Part shown: positions 22,192 to 26,151 of the stretch, piece by piece
Position numbering within the stretch: the stretch's first letter is position 1
Layout of the letters: every line of letters starts with the position of its first letter
Source: Lama guanicoe
Taxonomy: Eukaryota
Assembly: GCA_013239625.1 (NCBI GenBank)
Contig: MU053873.1
Coordinates: 3,610,524-3,636,674 of the forward strand
DNA: 26,151 bases
Reading direction: 5' to 3'
Program-made: the position numbers and the translations under genes
Notes under the pieces: model-generated
The model's input: the letters and a program-made list of their open reading frames with translations, nothing else
What the model was told of the DNA's origin: nothing
Databases searched by the model: none

Positions 22192-22539
22192 GGCGGACAA
22201 GCATTTGTGTCGGGGCTGAAGTGCCGGCACTTACAGATAAATCCACCGGCAGAGCCAGCCCCGCTCGTGTGCCGGCCCCGTCTGGATAGACACTGAATCC
22301 GGTATAAATCTCCCGACCGCTTCGGGGGAGCGAGCCAGTCCACCGTCGGGGGAATCACCACCACACGCCTCTCCCAGGCACAGGAGCAGGAAGCGGCTGG
22401 GCTCGACTGACAATGATTCTGGAAGAGGACACTTCCCCGGCTGGATCTATGGGACCCCCTCCTCCTCCTCCTCCTCCCTGGGGCGGGGAGGAGTTTTCAC
22501 ACTTGTTTTAATATCTTTAAAAAAACATAATAAGCTTAC

Positions 22540-22824
22540 AAGATCCGGTGGCTCCGAGTCCGGCTGCCTCTTCCTCAGGGAAGAAAATCTCTGCTGGCTG
22601 CGGGCCGAGAAGCGGCGGAAAGATTCCCGGCTCCGGGAAGCAAGGTGTCGGAAGGATGAGGTGCGCTTGAAGGAGGTCCGGCTGGCGGGCTCTCCGCTCG
22701 CCCGCTCGTGGCCCACCGTGGTGGTCACTAAGTTGAGGGCCTCCTGGAAGGACCGCCGGACGGTCCCCATCCACTGGGTCATGTGGCTTTGGGCCACCGT
22801 GAGTTTGTCTCCCAGGTAATCCAT
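22540..22824 (-). CDS. KIAA1671: Coding portion of a first (probably alternative, internal) exon, 95 aa; tentatively the N-terminus of a short KIAA1671 isoform
   Basis: ATG at 22824 (CCCATGG, G at +4); in-frame upstream TGA at 23004-23002; repeat-free, CpG-rich, protein-like sequence; ends CTT|GTAAGC, a phase-0 donor, after which the DNA turns A/T-rich. Gene identity is from recall of vertebrate KIAA1671 short isoforms and is less certain (about 0.55) than the exon itself. Confidence 0.75.
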
Positions 22825-23100
22825 GGGGCCGGGGGGAGAGGGAGGAAGGAGGTGAGATGTCAGGGCCCTCTCCCCTCTTCCTACTGTCCGCTCATGGAAG
22901 TTCTGGGCTCTCTTGAGAGAAAAGCCAGCAGCCCTCTTCAGCCGGACTGAGAGTAAATAGACATTGCTGAGCCAGCAGCTGGCGGCATCCTCGGGTCTCG
23001 CTCAGAACCGGAGGCGGTTCAGGGTCAGGCTGCGAGTCCACCCCCCGGAGTTGTGAGTAAACACGCCAGGAGCTCCAAGATCCAGTTCCCAGCACCCGCA

Positions 23101-23124
23101 GGCTGGCTGGCTGGCTGGCTGGCT
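23101..23124. repeat. (GGCT)6 tetranucleotide repeat
   Basis: Directly visible. Confidence 0.92.
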
Positions 23125-24051
23125 CGGGTGACGAGGAGCTTTGAGGAACTGGGTTGCCTCGCTGGCTCCAGGGCTTGACGGTCCCCAGAGGTGGGGGAAG
23201 GAAGAGGCAGTGGCCCCCAGGCACCCTCAGCCTCACTTTCTCCCAGGTAGGCGGCCCCCCGCAGGCACCCGCTGGAAGGACTGGGTGTCCCTCACTGTCT
23301 CTGCCCCGTGCCTGGTTGCCCGTGGCGGCGGGGACCCCGCTCACCTGACCTGTGCAGGTTTCCAGTCCTCCGGCCGGGGGTTCCAAACCTGTGGGCTGGC
23401 AGGCAGCTAGCTCATTTCCAGAGGCAGCCACCGGGGCCCCAGGTCCCCTGGCTCGGCAGCCCAGGATGACATCAGCCCCCGTTCTCAGCGAGGGGCTTCG
23501 CTGCCCAGGAATGCAGGAGGGGCCTCGGGGAGGTGGCCGCCCAGGGAGCTGACGTCCGCCTCTATTTGTTCTTCCCCCCAAGTCCCAACTCGCTCACCAT
23601 CCCGCGGGGCTGATGGTGGCTGCACGTGCCCGACAGCCTACTCGCCCTGTGCCCTGACCGCGGGCGCACGGGGAGATGCGGCGGCACGTGTGTGCGTGTG
23701 GGCGCATGTGTGCATGTATGTCGGAGATCTGGCAGCCCGGGGAAGGCTGGAACAGTTGGGAAACTGCCTCTAGGGTGACAGGCAGCAAGCGTCTTGGGAC
23801 CTCTGGCCGGTTGTCAGTCTGTCTCCCTCTGGCGGTCCGTTTCTCTGTCAGGTTCCCAGCCTCTCCTTCCTTCCCCTGTCTCCATTTCCACTTGTTCCTC
23901 CCTAAGCGTGCCTCCCTCTCTCTCTCCCTCCCTCTCTCCCTCTGTTCCAGCCTTCTCTCCCTCCCTCCCTGAAAGGCAACACCCAGCCAGGTGAAACAGC
24001 CCTCGAGGCCCCCCAAGGAAGGAACGGGGCCGGGCTGCATTTCAGTACAGG

Positions 24052-24073
24052 CGGGGTTGCCATGGCAACCCCG
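24052..24073. promoter_or_regulatory. RFX X-box GTTGCCATGGCAAC inside a perfect 22-bp palindrome
   Basis: CGGGGTTGCCATGGCAACCCCG is its own reverse complement; core 24056-24069 is the canonical RFX consensus. Confidence 0.8.
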
Positions 24074-24329
24074 GGGCACAGCACCTGCCCCATCCTGGGC
24101 GCGCAGGCTCGGCACAGGGAGCAAGGGGAATGATTCATGGTTTACACTGGGTCACATGAGCGCCTGGGTTTTTAACTCTTGTGGAGCTGGAGTGGTTGGA
24201 ATTTCCCGGGGCGGGGGCGACACAAGACAGCAGCATCTGAGACTGGAGGGGGTGCCTGTGGGGAGGGGTCAGCAGAGGCTGAATCCTGAAGGGAGGCACA
24301 CTTGTTGAAGCAGCATTCTCCTTCTGGCA

Positions 24330-24435
24330 GGGATCCACCCTCTGCGTTACAGATGAGGAAATGCAGACTCAGAGACACAGATTCACTTGCCCAAGGTCAC
24401 ACAGCAAGGGTACCACCAGAGCATGGACGGAGGCT
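24330..24435 (-). mobile_element. MIR SINE fragment
   Basis: TTACAGATGAGGAAATGCAGACTCAGAGA...ACTTGCCCAAGGTCACACAGC. Confidence 0.85.
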
Positions 24436-24727
24436 GTTTCCTCCCTCCCTCCCTGCCCCACTCTGGGTCTGACATGGCAAATGGTCCAGAGCTGTGGCTC
24501 AGTAAATATTCATTGCTCAAACGCCGTGTCCGAGAGTGAAACTTTGATCAGTCTGATTGCATCCTGGGCACTTTTCCCCACCCACATCGCCCCAGTTTTG
24601 AACAAATATTTGCTCCCTAGACACCGATCAGAGGGCCTCACTTGAGAAAGTTTTTCATGGAGACGTCTCACAATGCAGCCGACGTGGGTCTCTTTCTCTG
24701 GATGCCTGGTCCTTGGGCTGTAATGGT

Positions 24728-24985
24728 CATTCATTCATTCTCCCGCTCATTCACGTAAACATTCAGAGAGTGCGCACTCCGGGATGGGCCCCAGAGACAG
24801 AGACTGAGAACCATCCCTGTCTTCAAGGCTCACAGTCCGGCGGGACACTATCCTGGTGACTAACATTTACTGAGAGTGTAACTGAGACTCTGGTGCCATT
24901 CTAAGCGTTCATAGGCATTAACTCATGAATCCTCACACAAACCCATTTGACAGAGGAGGAGACTGAGGCCCAGAGAGGTGACGTC
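24728..24985 (-). mobile_element. L2 tail fragment followed by a MIR fragment
   Basis: CATTCATTCATTC...ATCCCTGTCTTCAAGGCTCACAGTC; then CTAACATTTACTGAG...CCCATTTGACAGAGGAGGAGACTGAGGCCCAGAGAGG. Confidence 0.75.
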
Positions 24986-25004
24986 ATCTGCGAAGGTCTT
25001 CCAA

Positions 25005-25425
25005 GGGGGTAGGCAACCCCCTCAAACGGATCCCTGCCCCCTGTGGTTCACACCCTGGTGTGGTCCCCTCCCACAATGAGTCAGTGGTTTGTGTGCCCAA
25101 GAGATAAGGCAGAAGTGACTTCCAAAACGCGACCATAAAAGGCATCGCAGCTTCCACCTTGTGCTGGAGGAAGCCGACTGACCGCCAGGTTGTGAGGGCG
25201 CTCAGGCAGCCCTGCGGAGAGACCCACATGGCGAAGTCTGAGGCCCCCAGCCCACAGCCAGCACTGACTCCCAGCCACGGGAGCGAGCCACTCTGGAAGC
25301 AGATCCCATGTCACCCATCAAAACCTTGGAGGACCGCTGCCCTGGGTGGCAACCCCACGAGAGGCCCCGAGCCAGAGGCACCCCGCTCCTCCCAACTTCC
25401 TGACCCAGAGAAATCACAGGAGATT
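25005..25425 (+). mobile_element. MLT1 (F/G/H-type) LTR, 3' end not recognisable
   Basis: TTCACACCCTGGTGTGGTCCCCTCCCAC...GGCAGAAGTGAC...CAGCCCTGCGGAGAGACCCACATGG...TTCCTGACCCAGAGAAA. Confidence 0.82.
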
Positions 25426-25894
25426 CAAACGCCCAGCGGCAGGATGGCACCTGATGCACCAGGAAACCAGGGCCAGCAGAGTGAGGGGAGAGAGAAGGGG
25501 GACGAGGGGCTCTTACAGGACCTGTAGGAAGCATCACCCCATTATACAGGTGAGGGAAAGGGCACAGGGGCCCAGATCCTACCTCCACACATGTGTCTGG
25601 CCCAACCCACCACCCTGTACAGCCTCCAGGCTCCCAGAGCTTCTGGCCTCCGGGGTTTGTACACTTTCCTCCCACGGAGCGTCTACAGCCAGCAGCCCTG
25701 CTCCCTCGCCCAGTGGACCGGGACTTCCAGTGGGCAGCTGCGATAAGAAAGAGCTGGGTCCTCCCCATCTAACCCCAGAAGAGTGTCACCAGAAATGCCT
25801 AAGGAGCTGGAAAGGGACGCAACTTTTTCACAGGCCACCTGGGCACAGACGTGAGGAAGATTTACTGAGAACCTTCAGGAGGAAAAAAGGTCAA

Positions 25895-26122
25895 CCAAAG
25901 CAGCACCTAGGACACCTTTAAAATGATAACACCCAGTGTTGGCCAGACTGCGGCAAGAGAGAGACCATTTATCCACAGATGGAAGTGGAAATTGGTATGT
26001 ATTTCCTGAAGGGAATTTAGCATTCAAGGTCCAAAGTCTTAAAAATGATGGTTTGCCAGTTAAGGACACACATGCTGAAGTGGACTGATGTCTATAACTT
26101 ACTTTGAAATGCAGCAAAAATA
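25895..26122 (+). mobile_element. Old L1M (L1MC/ME-type) fragments
   Basis: AAAATGATAACACCCAGTGTTGGC...GGAAGTGGAAATTGGTA...GGGAATTTAGCA; CTGATGTCTATAACTTACTTTGAAATGCAGCAAAAA. Confidence 0.65.
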
Positions 26123-26133
26123 GTTACGTGTGT

Positions 26134-26151
26134 ACACACACACACACACAC
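26134..26151. repeat. (AC)n microsatellite running off the window end
   Basis: Directly visible. Confidence 0.95.

Larger units (their letters stand above)
22200..24170 (-). promoter_or_regulatory. CpG-enriched, transposon-free internal promoter / 5' UTR / first-exon region
   Basis: Visibly high GC and CpG; no recognisable TE between about 21850 and 24330; FOX-like GTAAATA (22953) and GTAAACA (23057), TGACATCA (23467), X-box (24056); TSS not locatable from sequence. Confidence 0.65.

Noticed and set aside
22447..22539. C-terminal 30 aa of the 125-aa ORF (VSLLCFFKD...EEEEEGVP)
   Set aside because: Lies past the GTAAGC donor; A/T-rich and GGA-repeat intronic read-through
6631..23476. CCCAGGATGAC(G/A)TCAGC shared between 6631-6647 and 23460-23476 (16/17 identical)
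   Set aside because: About one such match is expected by chance among all position pairs in 26 kb, and the similarity does not extend into the flanks
22892..23581. 229-aa minus-strand ORF upstream of the exon
   Set aside because: Non-ATG start, low-complexity G/P/R composition expected from GC-rich promoter DNA, includes the (GGCT)n repeat, and is not in frame with the exon
25159..25921. ORFs of 122-191 aa on both strands
   Set aside because: Overlap MLT1/MIR repeats and GC-rich DNA; no protein-like features

Overview
Mammalian, GC-rich, intron-like genomic DNA; not prokaryotic. The L1 3' UTR at 716-1273 is of cetartiodactyl type. I recognise no ruminant Bov-A/Bov-tA, pig PRE1 or primate Alu SINEs, so a camelid or cetacean source is the best guess. 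Much of the window is old interspersed repeat: many MIR and L2 pieces, four L1 fragments, four MLT1 LTR pieces, MER5, two MER20, and a MER63 with a MER44/Tigger7 nested inside it. The only credible coding sequence is a minus-strand exon at 22824-22540 (95 codons, MDYLGDKLTV...SEPPDL) with an in-frame upstream stop and a phase-0 GTAAGC donor. It looks like an internal alternative first coding exon, tentatively of KIAA1671 (from memory, unverified). It sits in a CpG-rich promoter-like region with two uORFs, a perfect 22-bp palindromic RFX X-box upstream and a perfect MEF2 site just inside the intron. The peptide contains a MARCKS-effector-like Arg/Phe/Ser segment. The other ORFs in the track appear spurious. 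Repeat family names come from recalled consensus sequences and boundaries are approximate.
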